From an uncultured Candidatus Binatia bacterium (GTDB taxonomy: Bacteria; Desulfobacterota; Binatia; UBA9968; JAJDTQ01): DNA of 64,000 nt. The notes under the pieces were generated by a model that saw only the letters and a program-made list of their open reading frames with translations, did not search any database and was not told where the DNA came from. Shown here piece after piece: positions 49,417 to 59,386 of this stretch. Position 1 is the stretch's first letter. Every line of letters starts with the position of its first letter. A program made the position numbers and the translations under genes. The stretch covers positions 1,184,001 through 1,248,000 of the forward strand of contig OZ244070.1 of assembly GCA_965215605.1 (NCBI GenBank), written 5' to 3'.

Positions 49417-51216
49417 ATGGAACGAAGAAAACGGGAAGACGGAGAACAGGCCGAACAGACGACCGATTCTCCCCGTCCGAAGTCCTATATCTATCGCGGA
49501 GTGCGATACGGAGAATCCGCCGGCGACGCCGGCGACGAGCCGGCAGCAGGACTCGAGGCCGCCGGCGAGCCGGTGGACCTGTCCGTGCTGTCGGAGCATC
49601 AGCCGTCCGGCCCCGCCGGGCGGGAACAGCCCGCGGGGGGGGATGCCGCCGTTGTTCCCTGGTGGGAGAACGCCTCGGCGTTCGGCGAGATCGCGGGGGA
49701 AACCGAGCCCGCGAGCGAGGACAGGGAAGCCGCCGGCGAGCCGGAGGCAGACAGCGGGCCCGGGTTCTTCTACAGAGGGATACGGTACGGCGAGCCCGAG
49801 CCCGAACCTGAACCCGAGCCTCCGGCCGAGTTGCCGGAGGAGCCGAAGGCTGCCAGTCCGCAAGAGGACGAGACAGGACCCGAATTCGAACTTTCGTGGT
49901 GGAGGCGCACTCCGACGCCCACCAGAACCGCCGGGGAGGAGGCGACCGAACCCCTCGCCGAGACGGCGGACTACCTGCCGCCGGAGGAGCCGGACCGCGG
50001 CGATTACCACGCAAGCCAGCAGGAGGCGCCGGAGAGGTCCGGTGAGCCGGCGGGCGCACAACGGGTGGAGCGCCCGCCGGCGCGCCATCCCGTTGGACAA
50101 GAGGAACACGCCGGCGCGAGGACGGAGCCTTCCGGAGGCGGCTTCGCGGGAGAAGGTCCCGCCGTTGCCCGGGTGGAGTCGGAACGGAAGCCGCCCGCGC
50201 CGCCGCCGGCCCCGCCGGTCAGCTTGCCCGCGGCGGCCGGAACCCCTTCCGAGGACCGGCCCGCGGACGCCATCCGCTCGCTTGCGGCCGAGATCTGTCC
50301 CGGCGACCTGCTGATGGTGGAGATGGTCGGGGCTCCATTGCCGGAGTGGGCCGGCCCGGCGGTGAACGCGGCGCGCGACGACATGGAACGGCGGGTGAGC
50401 GCGCGCGAGCCGGTGGACGCGAACGAGTACCTTCGGCTGGCTATCATCGAGAACGTCCTGGGCCTTCACGATGAGGCCGAGGCGCACCTCAAGGAAGCAC
50501 TGCCGCGGAGCGACCGGCTCGGACCCGTTCTCAACGCGCTGGCGGTAACGAGCCTGGCGCGCGGAAAGATCCCCCCCGCGGTCGTCTACGCCAGGGAGGC
50601 CCTTCAGGAGACCGGCGGAGACGATGGCGTGCGCGCGATGGCTTCATCCAACTTGGCGGAATTCTACCGTATCCAGGGTGATGAAGCCCAGGCGGCTGAA
50701 GCCTACGAGAAGGCCATCGACGGCCTCGGACCGCAAGGCGACGCTCTCTGGATCGCGCGGCTGCATCTGAACGCCAGCCGCCTCCACCGGCGCATGGGCC
50801 AGACGGACAAGGCGCGCGCGCACCTTTCCGACGCGGTGCAACGGTTCAAGGACGCGGGCGACGGCGCGGGGCAGGTCCAGGCGCTTGCGGACCTCGGCTT
50901 GATCCTGACCGAATCGGGCTCCCACGACCTCGCCGTGAGGAACCTCGAGGAAGGGATACGCATCTGCTTGAGAACCGGAGACCGGCCCGGCGCCTCCCTG
51001 GTGCAGCACGCGATCGGCCTGGCCTTCATGGGCCAGGACCAGTTGACGCGCGCCCTCGCCTATCTCGACAGCGCGCTGACACTGTACCACGAGCTGGGCA
51101 ATCGCAAGGGTGAGGTGGCCATCCTGGGCTGCATGGGGAAAATCCAGGAGTCCCGTGGCGATGTCGACGAGGCGCAGCGCTTCTACGATGCGGCCAAACG
51201 CCTTGACGACTCATGA
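49417..51216 (+). CDS. TPR protein with a long acidic, Pro-rich disordered N-terminus
   Basis: C-terminal half is TPR-like repeats; the N-terminus carries duplicated YRG(V/I)RYGE and WW motifs. Confidence 0.75.
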   Translation: MERRKREDGEQAEQTTDSPRPKSYIYRGVRYGESAGDAGDEPAAGLEAAGEPVDLSVLSEHQPSGPAGREQPAGGDAAVVPWWENASAFGEIAGETEPASEDREAAGEPEADSGPGFFYRGIRYGEPEPEPEPEPPAELPEEPKAASPQEDETGPEFELSWWRRTPTPTRTAGEEATEPLAETADYLPPEEPDRGDYHASQQEAPERSGEPAGAQRVERPPARHPVGQEEHAGARTEPSGGGFAGEGPAVARVESERKPPAPPPAPPVSLPAAAGTPSEDRPADAIRSLAAEICPGDLLMVEMVGAPLPEWAGPAVNAARDDMERRVSAREPVDANEYLRLAIIENVLGLHDEAEAHLKEALPRSDRLGPVLNALAVTSLARGKIPPAVVYAREALQETGGDDGVRAMASSNLAEFYRIQGDEAQAAEAYEKAIDGLGPQGDALWIARLHLNASRLHRRMGQTDKARAHLSDAVQRFKDAGDGAGQVQALADLGLILTESGSHDLAVRNLEEGIRICLRTGDRPGASLVQHAIGLAFMGQDQLTRALAYLDSALTLYHELGNRKGEVAILGCMGKIQESRGDVDEAQRFYDAAKRLDDS

Positions 51217-51270
51217 AGTAGGGCATCCTCGCGGTTTGGCTGACTTGCGCTGTTACCGGAGTTGGATACC

Positions 51271-52740
51271 ATGACTCAATCCCTCGGCATTCGTTTCGGA
51301 TTGGCCGTGTTCTTCCTGTTGTGGGTTCCGTTGATGGCCGCGGCGGGGTCGGGAGCATTCTGGCTGTGGATGCGCATGGCGGGAGGGGCTTCCTCCGGGG
51401 TTCAATCGCTGGCCTTGCACAGCGACGCTCTGAAGCTCCAGGAAGCCGCAACGCGGCTGTCGGAGAACATCGACGCGTTCCTGCTCGAGCGGATTACCGA
51501 GGTGCGGGGTTGGGCCGCGTCGCCGGTGGTGGTTGAGGCGGTGAAAACGGCGCGAGCCGCCCACGCCAGGGAAGGGTTCGACAGTCTCAGTCTGCGGCAG
51601 ATCGAGAGTAAGTTCCGCACCCGCAAGAGCCTAGGACTCGCGGCCGAAGCGCGCGCGTTCCTCGGTGAGAAAATCAGGGGCTCCTCCGATTTCACCGGCG
51701 TCTTCTTCACGGACGCCCAAGGCTTCAACGTTGCCTTGAGCGGCCCCGCCACGGATTTCGTCCAGTCTGACGAGGAGTGGTGGCAGCAGACCTGGTCGTC
51801 CGGAATTTTCGTGGGCGGCATCGTGTTCAACTCCTCCACCAACGCGTGGGCGATGGACATCGCGGTCGCGATCCGCGACGTGGGGACCGGGAATTCCATC
51901 GGTGTGATGAAGGCGGTGATGCCGTTGCGTTTCGCCCAGTTGTTCTCCGACCGCGTGGCGCGCAGACTGTCCGTACCCGGCCAGCTCTTGCATGCGCATC
52001 TGCCCGGCTCGGCGCTCAACGACGCCGGGGTCGCGCCGCGAACGGAGTTCTTCGTGGCGACAGCGGATGGACTGCTGATCGCGGAGACGCGCTCGACGCA
52101 CGCTCCCGGCCGGATCATGCAGCCGGAAATCAGCCTGTTCACCGACGCGTCCCTTGAGCATCTGGCTTCGTCCTACGACGGCGAACGAGCCGGATCGTTC
52201 ATTGCCGCCCGAACGAACTCTGCCAATCCTTCGGCAGGCGCGTCCAGCCATCTGGTCGCCTTCGCGCGTTCGGCCGGCACGTCCTTCTTCGCTCCGGCCA
52301 TAGGCGACTTCCCGGGTTTCAACTGGATGATCATCGCCGAGGCGCCGAACCTGAGCGACCACCGCGCCTTGCCGGAACTCTCCGGATCGGTGGCGGGAAG
52401 TCAGGGGAATCTCGGACGAGAACTCCTGTGGCTCGGCGCCGCGCTGTGCGCGGCGTTGCTGCTGTCTTCGATGCTGTTGTGCTGGGTGTTCGGCCGCTGG
52501 GTGCTGAAACCGGTGCGCTCATTGACCGACCGCGTGCAACGGATGGAGCAGGGCCAGGTCGGCGACCGGATCAGCGTGTCGTCGACAGGCGAGGTCGCAG
52601 AGTTGGCCGGAGCGCTCGACCGGGTCCGCGCCATGATCGTCAGGATGGCGGAACGCCTGCAGCAGACCGGCGCGGCGCCGGCGCCTCGACAGGCTTCAGC
52701 GGACACTCCTCCCGGGCAGAGAGGACCCGACCGTCCCTGA
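51271..52740 (+). CDS. Membrane protein: TM - Cache-like - TM - HAMP, no output domain (paralog of 44711)
   Basis: Shares FVQSDEEWWQ, LSxPGQLLHA, LIAETRS, GRIMQPE and HLVAFARS with 44711..46120; only a short tail follows the HAMP. Confidence 0.8.
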   Translation: MTQSLGIRFGLAVFFLLWVPLMAAAGSGAFWLWMRMAGGASSGVQSLALHSDALKLQEAATRLSENIDAFLLERITEVRGWAASPVVVEAVKTARAAHAREGFDSLSLRQIESKFRTRKSLGLAAEARAFLGEKIRGSSDFTGVFFTDAQGFNVALSGPATDFVQSDEEWWQQTWSSGIFVGGIVFNSSTNAWAMDIAVAIRDVGTGNSIGVMKAVMPLRFAQLFSDRVARRLSVPGQLLHAHLPGSALNDAGVAPRTEFFVATADGLLIAETRSTHAPGRIMQPEISLFTDASLEHLASSYDGERAGSFIAARTNSANPSAGASSHLVAFARSAGTSFFAPAIGDFPGFNWMIIAEAPNLSDHRALPELSGSVAGSQGNLGRELLWLGAALCAALLLSSMLLCWVFGRWVLKPVRSLTDRVQRMEQGQVGDRISVSSTGEVAELAGALDRVRAMIVRMAERLQQTGAAPAPRQASADTPPGQRGPDRP

Positions 52741-54492
52741 GTGGCGGCGGCGGAAGGCAAGGCACCGCGCGTGAGAGCGAAACTCGGAACATTTTCCTGG
52801 AAGGCGTGCATCCTGGCGGCGAACGCGGGACTGGTCTTGTCCCTCGGCCTCGGTGGCTGCGCGTCCCTGAAGAACCCGGAGATGCTCGCCGCCGCCAAGC
52901 AACAGCAGTTGAGCAGCAGCATCAACGTGGCCTCCGCGGCGGCCGAAGCGGGCCAGTTCGAGGCCGCGGCGCGGCTGTATGGCGAACTCTACCGCCATTA
53001 CCCCGACGCCGCGGAACCCAGGCTCGGGCTCGGTTACCTGGCCTTGAGAAACGGCGACTTCCCTCGGGCCGGCGAGCTTTTCGCCGAGGCGGAAGAGCGC
53101 TCCGCGACCGGGGCCTCCAAGGCAGCGGCGCTCCTGGGCGCGGGCCGGGCAGAACTCGGCCAGGGAAACGTCGCCGTGGCGAAAGGGCATTTCCTCGCCG
53201 CGTCGGAGCTGGCCACGAACACGCCGGCCGAGCCCTGGGTGGTCAACGGGCTCGGCGTGGTGGCGACCCTGGAAGGGGACCACGCGCGGGCACGCCAGCA
53301 CTACGACGAGGCCGTCAAGCTGTCGTCGCATCCGATGATCACCGCCAATCTCGTCCGTTCAATGGCGCAATCGGGCGACCGGGACGAAGCGCGACGGCTC
53401 TACGCCAAGTACTCCGCGTCCCACTGGCTGGACAGCGACGCGACGGAGCTGTCGCGGTTGATGGAGGAAGGGAGCAGGCCGGAGCAGGCACCGGCTCCGG
53501 TAGCAGCTTCGGCTCCACCGGAAGTCACGCCCCAAGTGATAGATTCGACTCCGGCAGGTGTTTCCGAGCCGGCGGCAGCTCCCGAACTCGTGGCAGCTCC
53601 TGAGCCCGCGGCAACTTCCGAGCCAGTGGCAACTCCTGAGCCCGCGGTTGCCTCCGAGCCAGTAGCAACAACTCCAGAGCCGGCGGCAACTCCAGAGCCC
53701 ATGGCAACCTCCGAGCCCGTAGAGACGGCATCCACACTCGCCACGTCAGACACTGCCGAGGCGGCAGCGGCACCCGCGGTTACATCGAACTCCGAAACAA
53801 CGCCCGAGCCGGCGGCAACCTCCGAACCCGTGGAGACGGCATCCGCACCCGCCACGTCAGACACTGCCGAGGCGGCGGCGGCACCCGCGGTTACATCGGA
53901 CTCCGAAACAGCGCCCGGTCCGACGGCAGCTTCCGCGGCCGCCGGGGTCCAGGTTCAGATCTACGCGGCGCGTTCGGAGGCCGGTGCGCTGGCCGCCTGG
54001 GGACGGCTCTCGGCCGCGCAAAAGGACCTGCTCGATTCCCTGACACCCAGCGTCGTGAAGGCCGAGCTGGGCGAAAAAGGCATCTTCTACCGCCTGCGGG
54101 CCGGCCCGCTGGAGGACAAGGCCGCGGCCCGGCGGCTATGCCGCCTGCTGAAGGGCCGCGGCCACGGCTGCTTCGTCCCGGTCCCGCGGGAGGACTCGGC
54201 CGCCAGCGCCGGGGAAAGCGCCAGCGCCCCCGCGAACGCCCTTGCGGGCGCGGTCCTGGTGCAACTCTTCGCGGCGCGTTCGGAGGACGGCGCGCTGGCT
54301 GCCTGGGGACGGCTTTCGGCCGCGGAGGAGAACCTGCTGGGCGCCCTGACTCCCCGGGTGGTGAAGGCCCAGATTCCTGAAAAGGGCGTGTTCTACAGGC
54401 TCTTCGCGGGCCCATTGCCGGGCGCTGCCGGCGCCCAACGTCTTTGCGAGACGTTGAAAGACCGCGGCCGCGAATGCTTTGTCCGGCGGTAG
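52741..54492 (+). CDS. TadD-like TPR lipoprotein fused to a repeat linker and two SPOR domains
   Basis: Lipobox LGGC, TPRs (NGLGVVATLEG), PEPAAT linker, two VQxxAARSE...FYRLxAGP...CFV SPOR units. Confidence 0.75.
   Translation: MAAAEGKAPRVRAKLGTFSWKACILAANAGLVLSLGLGGCASLKNPEMLAAAKQQQLSSSINVASAAAEAGQFEAAARLYGELYRHYPDAAEPRLGLGYLALRNGDFPRAGELFAEAEERSATGASKAAALLGAGRAELGQGNVAVAKGHFLAASELATNTPAEPWVVNGLGVVATLEGDHARARQHYDEAVKLSSHPMITANLVRSMAQSGDRDEARRLYAKYSASHWLDSDATELSRLMEEGSRPEQAPAPVAASAPPEVTPQVIDSTPAGVSEPAAAPELVAAPEPAATSEPVATPEPAVASEPVATTPEPAATPEPMATSEPVETASTLATSDTAEAAAAPAVTSNSETTPEPAATSEPVETASAPATSDTAEAAAAPAVTSDSETAPGPTAASAAAGVQVQIYAARSEAGALAAWGRLSAAQKDLLDSLTPSVVKAELGEKGIFYRLRAGPLEDKAAARRLCRLLKGRGHGCFVPVPREDSAASAGESASAPANALAGAVLVQLFAARSEDGALAAWGRLSAAEENLLGALTPRVVKAQIPEKGVFYRLFAGPLPGAAGAQRLCETLKDRGRECFVRR
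53560..53915 (+). repeat. Coding tandem repeats: about 18-bp (PEPAAT-like) units and a 111-bp (37-aa) duplication
   Basis: ATSEPVETAS...AVTSxSET starts at about 53703 and again at 53814. Confidence 0.85.
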
Positions 54493-54540
54493 CGATCCGG
54501 CTCGAAGGAATGCGAGACGCGACACTAGGAAAGGGTTCCC

Positions 54541-55005
54541 TTGCTTGAACTGTTGCTGCTGATGAGTTGTTGCGGATTGCTGGGCGCGGCGGTGGTCTTT
54601 GACTTGCGCCGCCGCGAAGTCCCCAACCTGATTCCCCTCGCCATCCTCGGGCTGTTCGCGGTCCAGATCGCGGCGCTGCCCCATCGGGGGATGATGCCGC
54701 TGTGGGCGTACATCGCCACCGGCGGCGTGCTCCTGGTGCTGGGCTTCGGCCTGTTCCTGATGGGCGCGCTGGGCGCCGGCGACGGAAAGCTCATGGCCGT
54801 GGCCGGACTGTGGATCGGACCGACCGACATCAGCACCTTCCTGTTCGGCGTGGGTCTGCTGGGCATGGCCATCGGCCTCGTCTGCCTTCTGCCCTTCGAC
54901 GCCACCCGCCGGCTGCGCAACAATATTCCTTTTGCGGTGGCCATCGCGCCGCCAGCCATCGCGCTCCTGGCCCTGCGCGCCTTTGCCTTGACCGGGAGCG
55001 GTTGA
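54541..55005 (+). CDS. cpaA: Prepilin peptidase (A24; CpaA/TadV)
   Basis: DLRRREVPN, LGAGDGKL, IPFAVAI. Confidence 0.9.
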   Translation: MLELLLLMSCCGLLGAAVVFDLRRREVPNLIPLAILGLFAVQIAALPHRGMMPLWAYIATGGVLLVLGFGLFLMGALGAGDGKLMAVAGLWIGPTDISTFLFGVGLLGMAIGLVCLLPFDATRRLRNNIPFAVAIAPPAIALLALRAFALTGSG

Positions 55006-55018
55006 AGGGGGTTCCGGC

Positions 55019-56017
55019 ATGCAAAGGTCCCGCCTGGTAAAGAGTTCCCGCGCCGCGCTTCTGTTTCTCCTGATGGGCGTCGTCTCCGTCGGCGCCACCA
55101 TGGGCGGCGCATGGTTGTACCTGCGCCCGGAACCCGCGCCGCCGCCGAAGGAAGAACCACCGCCGAAACCGGTGCCCGTGGTGCTGAGCGCGGCCAACGA
55201 CCTCAATATCGGCACCCTGATCACCGCCAGCGACCTCGTCTGGACGCCGGTCCGCAACGGCTCGGTCCTCTCGACACACATGCTCCAGGGCAAGACCAAT
55301 GAGTCGCAGGTGATCGGTTCGGTGGTGCGCCGGGCCGTGTACAAGGGGATGGCGCTGAATTGGTCGGCGATCGTGCGGCCCGGCGAGCACGGCTTTCTGG
55401 CCGCGGCGCTCAAGCCCGACCACCGCGCGGTTACCATCCGGGTGGACGCGGCCACCAGCGAGGCCGCCCTGATCTACCCCGGCGACCACGTGGACGTGAT
55501 ATTGACCGCGCAACTCCAGGATCAAGCCACGCGCCAGGCGAACACGGTCACCGCCACGATCCTCGAGAATATCCGCGTCGTCGCCGTCAACCGCCAGGTG
55601 GAAAGCAGCGCGGGAGGGAGCGGGAGCGCGGCGGGACTCATAGCCAAGGTTGCGCCCCGAAATGCAGTCAACACAGTAACCCTCGAGTTGCAACCCGCGG
55701 ACGCCGAGGCCCTGATTCTCGCCAGGAACAAGGGGGACATTTCCCTGGCCATGCGCTCTCTCACCGATGTCCGGCGGCGCGAGGACCGCACACCCACCGC
55801 TTTCGAAGACCTGTTGCCGCTTCCGCCCCCGGCGGAACCGGCACCGGTGCAGCCGTTAACGCAACCGGTCGCAACGGCAATGCCTGGACTCGCCGCCCAG
55901 GCCCCTGCCGCGCTTCAGTCTCCACCCTTGCCGACGGCCGCTCCGGAGCAGCCGCCGGGCATCACCGTGCGGGTCTTCCGGGGCGCCAAACAGGAGGAAG
56001 TAAGGGTGACGAAGTAA
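55019..56017 (+). CDS. cpaB: Flp pilus assembly protein CpaB/RcpC
   Basis: SAF domain, RAVTIRVD, PGDHVDVI, ILENIRVVAV, TVTLEL, GDISLAMRS. Confidence 0.92.
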   Translation: MQRSRLVKSSRAALLFLLMGVVSVGATMGGAWLYLRPEPAPPPKEEPPPKPVPVVLSAANDLNIGTLITASDLVWTPVRNGSVLSTHMLQGKTNESQVIGSVVRRAVYKGMALNWSAIVRPGEHGFLAAALKPDHRAVTIRVDAATSEAALIYPGDHVDVILTAQLQDQATRQANTVTATILENIRVVAVNRQVESSAGGSGSAAGLIAKVAPRNAVNTVTLELQPADAEALILARNKGDISLAMRSLTDVRRREDRTPTAFEDLLPLPPPAEPAPVQPLTQPVATAMPGLAAQAPAALQSPPLPTAAPEQPPGITVRVFRGAKQEEVRVTK

Positions 56018-57010
56018 TCATCCCAGTCCCTCGAGGGCCCTGAACGCGTTCATGAAGGCAGGGCCGCCCAACAGGATGAGGATGCCGGGGACCACCAGGA
56101 GAAGCATGGGGAGGCTCATGATGACGGGCAGGCGGCCGGCCTGGGTTTCGATGCGGGCGGCCCGTTGCGCACGTTCGCTCTTGGCAATGTTCTGGATGGA
56201 CTGACCGATGGGTGTGCCGAAACGCTCGGCCTGGATGATGGTCATGGCGAAATCGCGTATGCCGTCGGTCTCCGTGCGGTCGCAGAGTTCCTGGAGCACC
56301 ATTTTGCGCTCCGCGCCCACGCGCAACTCGGTCTCCACGGAGGCCAACTCACGGGCCAGGTCGGGGGCCAGGGACCGGAGCTCCCGCGCGACCATGGCGA
56401 GAGCGCGCTCGAACGTATACCCGGCCTCGACGCACAACACCATGAGGTCCAGCGCGTCCGGAAGGGCGCGCGACAGGATGAGCTTGCGCCGGGCGAGGAG
56501 CCGCCGCAACACCAACTCGGGCACGAGGCCGCCTATCACGAATCCGGCCAGGACCGCCACGCCGATCACCAAGGCGTGCCCGCCGAGCAACCCCATGCCC
56601 CACGCCAGGAACCCGGCCGCCGCGCCCACGGACAGCATCAGGATCAGCTTGAGCGACAGGAAGATCGCCAGCGCATCGCGGTGCTTTATGCCTGCCTTCA
56701 CCATCAGGACGGCGACCTTGGCGCGCTCGGAGGCTTCGATGGGCGCCAGCATGGCGGCCACCCTGAACACGGCGGCCGCGAACACGGACAGCATCGGAAC
56801 GGATGGGGCGCGCGTGGAACCGTCCTCCAACCGCAAATCCACCCCCCCGTTGGCGGAGAGGGCGCGTTTCCGCACCGTCTGCAAACGCCGGTCAAGGGCC
56901 AGCGCTCCGCGGCCGTCCTTGAACAGGAAGCGGATGGACGCCACCAGCAAGGCCAGCGAGGCCACCCCGGCTAAAGCCAGCGCCCATGCCATGACCGGCG
57001 AGGACATCAT
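56018..57010 (-). CDS. tadC: Tad inner-membrane platform protein TadC
   Basis: LPDALDLMVLCVEAG, QAERFGTPI. Start ATG 57010 overlaps the tadB stop. Confidence 0.9.
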   Translation of the reverse strand: MMSSPVMAWALALAGVASLALLVASIRFLFKDGRGALALDRRLQTVRKRALSANGGVDLRLEDGSTRAPSVPMLSVFAAAVFRVAAMLAPIEASERAKVAVLMVKAGIKHRDALAIFLSLKLILMLSVGAAAGFLAWGMGLLGGHALVIGVAVLAGFVIGGLVPELVLRRLLARRKLILSRALPDALDLMVLCVEAGYTFERALAMVARELRSLAPDLARELASVETELRVGAERKMVLQELCDRTETDGIRDFAMTIIQAERFGTPIGQSIQNIAKSERAQRAARIETQAGRLPVIMSLPMLLLVVPGILILLGGPAFMNAFRALEGLG

Positions 57011-57966
57011 CGCAGGAACTTGGCGGCAATGATCCGGGCGCTTAGCAGTCCCGCCGCGATCAGGCCGAATCCCCAGCGCAACAGCTTCGCGCCTTGCTCG
57101 GTGTTGAACAGCACCTCGACCGTCTCCGGGCTCGTGTAGAACTGGCTCAACAACGACACCACCGGCACCACGGCCAGCACCCAAAGCGTGATGCGTGTCT
57201 GCGCCGTGCCGGCCTGGGCCTTGGCCTCCACCTCCATGCGTGCCCGCACCGTGGCGGCGAGATTGCCGAGGGTGACCGCGATGCTGCCGCCCGTGGTCCG
57301 CTGCAACGTGAGCGACGAAGTAAAGAGGGTGAACTCCGACACCCGGACGTGGTCCGCGGCGTCGCGCAGCACGGTATCGGGGTCGAGGCCCGACGACAGC
57401 TCATCCGAGATCTGCCGGAGGATATGCCTGGCCGGTTCCGGCACCTCCTTGGCCACCTCGGTGATGGCTTCCACCGGGGGGACGCCTGCACGGGCCAGAC
57501 GCACGATCTGGTCCGCGACCTCGGGGAACTGCTTGACGAACTCGGCGCGCACCCGGGAGTCCCACATCGAAAGAAAACCCCAAGCGCCCGCGGCCCCGGC
57601 CGCGGGCGCCAGGAGCACCACCAGGAGCCCGAACTGCATCAAGTGAGCGATCACCGCCACCAGAACCGCCGCCACCAAGCCAACGACGCCCGCCTTGGGA
57701 AGCGCGTCGCGGCCATCCAGCATGCAGAACCGCTTGTCGAGGAACTCGCGCAACTGCGACTTCGCCCGCAGGGTCCGGAAGGCGCTCACCCTGACATCCT
57801 TGGTGCCGTCCTCCGCCAGGTCGTCCCCATGGCCGCCGGCGAGCACCGCGGCCACCCGGCGCACCCGGCGGTCGAGGGCCTTGTCGCCGGCCCGCGCGCT
57901 CAGCCAGAGGCCGAGGCAGACAACGGCCGCCAGAAACGTTGCCGCCAAAGTCTCCACCGTGATCAT
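57007..57966 (-). CDS. tadB: Tad inner-membrane platform protein TadB
   Basis: QFPEVADQIVRLARAG, QRTTGGSIAVTL. Confidence 0.88.
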   Translation of the reverse strand: MITVETLAATFLAAVVCLGLWLSARAGDKALDRRVRRVAAVLAGGHGDDLAEDGTKDVRVSAFRTLRAKSQLREFLDKRFCMLDGRDALPKAGVVGLVAAVLVAVIAHLMQFGLLVVLLAPAAGAAGAWGFLSMWDSRVRAEFVKQFPEVADQIVRLARAGVPPVEAITEVAKEVPEPARHILRQISDELSSGLDPDTVLRDAADHVRVSEFTLFTSSLTLQRTTGGSIAVTLGNLAATVRARMEVEAKAQAGTAQTRITLWVLAVVPVVSLLSQFYTSPETVEVLFNTEQGAKLLRWGFGLIAAGLLSARIIAAKFLR

Positions 57967-57970
57967 GACG

Positions 57971-59356
57971 TCACCGCCCCAACCCGCTGTCCTGGCGCGC
58001 GCCCTGGAGGGCCTGCTGCAGCTCCGCGCGCAGGCCCGCGCGGTCCACCGCCTTCACCCATGAGGGTTGCCGGCCGCTGCCCTCGAAGACTTCCTCCGAC
58101 CCTTCGCGGGAGAGACGCCACATCTCCTCGGTGAGAACAACATCGTTCTCCATCCCGGCCACATCGGTGATGCTGGTTACGCAACGTCTACCGGAAGGGA
58201 TCCTTTCCACCTGTACGACGAGATCGAGGCCCGACGCCACTTGCTGCCGGATGACCTGGAGGGGCATCTCCGCCGTGCCCATCAACAGCATGTTCTCGAG
58301 CCGTATCAGTGCGTCACGCGGCGTATTGGCATGGATCGTGGACATGGACCCGGGATGCCCGGTATTCATGGCCTGCAGCATCTCCATGGCTTCGCCGCCG
58401 CGGACCTCGCCGACAATGATGCGATCGGGCCGCATCCGGAGCGCGTTGATGACCAAGGCCCGCATCGACACTTCGCCGGTGCCCTCGGCGCTCATGGTGC
58501 GGGTCTCCAGACGCACCACGTGGGGCTGCTGCACCTGCAACTCGGCGGCGTCCTCGATGGTGACAAGCCTCTCGTCCGGACTGATCTCGCTGGTCAGGGT
58601 GTTCATCAACGTGGTCTTGCCGGCCCCGGTGCCGCCGGAGATGAGGACGTTCAGGCGCGCCTTGACGCACACCCGGAGCAGCGCCACCATGCCCGGCGCG
58701 ATCATCCCCTGCGCCGCCAAGTCCTCCAGGGTCAGGCCGGTCAACAGGAAACGCCGGATCGAGATGGTGGGGCCGTCGATGGCCAGCGGCGGTATGATGA
58801 TGTTGACGCGGCTGCCGTCCGGCAGCCGGAGGTCCGCCATGGGGCTCGACTCGTCGACCCGCCGGCCGACCCAACCCGCAATGCGCTGGGCGATGCGCAA
58901 CAGGTGCTGACCGTCGCGGAACTTGATGTCCACCTGAGTCAGCTTGCCGCGGCGTTCCACGTAGACCGAGCGGAGGCCATTGACGAGAATATCGGAGATG
59001 CTGGTGTCCTGGAACAACGGCTCAAGCGGCCCCAGACCCTTGATGTCGTTGATGAGCGCGGCGACCACCCGCCGCCGATCGAAAGGGGTAAGTCCCTGGG
59101 TTTCCCCGGTCCCTTCCCGTTCGAGAAAGGCCTGGAGTTGCGTCGCGAGATCCTCTGGACGCAGCTTGGCGGCTTCAGTCATGTCCATGGCCCGGGTGAC
59201 GAACGGATGCAACCTCGCCGCGATGTCGGCGATGGTCGTATCCTGCATTCGCGAGGGCGTCGGAACTGGAACTGCCGCCGCCGCTTCCGCGGCCACCGCC
59301 TCGCCCGTATCAACTTCTTCCGCCCTGGGGCGGCGCCCGAACGACCTCAACGCCAT
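57971..59356 (-). CDS. cpaF: Tad secretion ATPase TadA/CpaF
   Basis: GLGPLEPL, RRVDESSP, SGGTGAGKTT, IEDAAEL, LRMRPDRIIVGEVRG, MNTGHPGSMSTIHAN. Confidence 0.96.
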   Translation of the reverse strand: MALRSFGRRPRAEEVDTGEAVAAEAAAAVPVPTPSRMQDTTIADIAARLHPFVTRAMDMTEAAKLRPEDLATQLQAFLEREGTGETQGLTPFDRRRVVAALINDIKGLGPLEPLFQDTSISDILVNGLRSVYVERRGKLTQVDIKFRDGQHLLRIAQRIAGWVGRRVDESSPMADLRLPDGSRVNIIIPPLAIDGPTISIRRFLLTGLTLEDLAAQGMIAPGMVALLRVCVKARLNVLISGGTGAGKTTLMNTLTSEISPDERLVTIEDAAELQVQQPHVVRLETRTMSAEGTGEVSMRALVINALRMRPDRIIVGEVRGGEAMEMLQAMNTGHPGSMSTIHANTPRDALIRLENMLLMGTAEMPLQVIRQQVASGLDLVVQVERIPSGRRCVTSITDVAGMENDVVLTEEMWRLSREGSEEVFEGSGRQPSWVKAVDRAGLRAELQQALQGARQDSGLGR

Positions 59357-59386
59357 GGCGAGTCTCTCCTCCCCGATGGATTTCCG

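Noticed and set aside
53560-53915. Mobile element or non-coding array
   Set aside because: The repeats are in frame and encode the Pro/Ala/Thr-rich linker of the TPR-SPOR protein.
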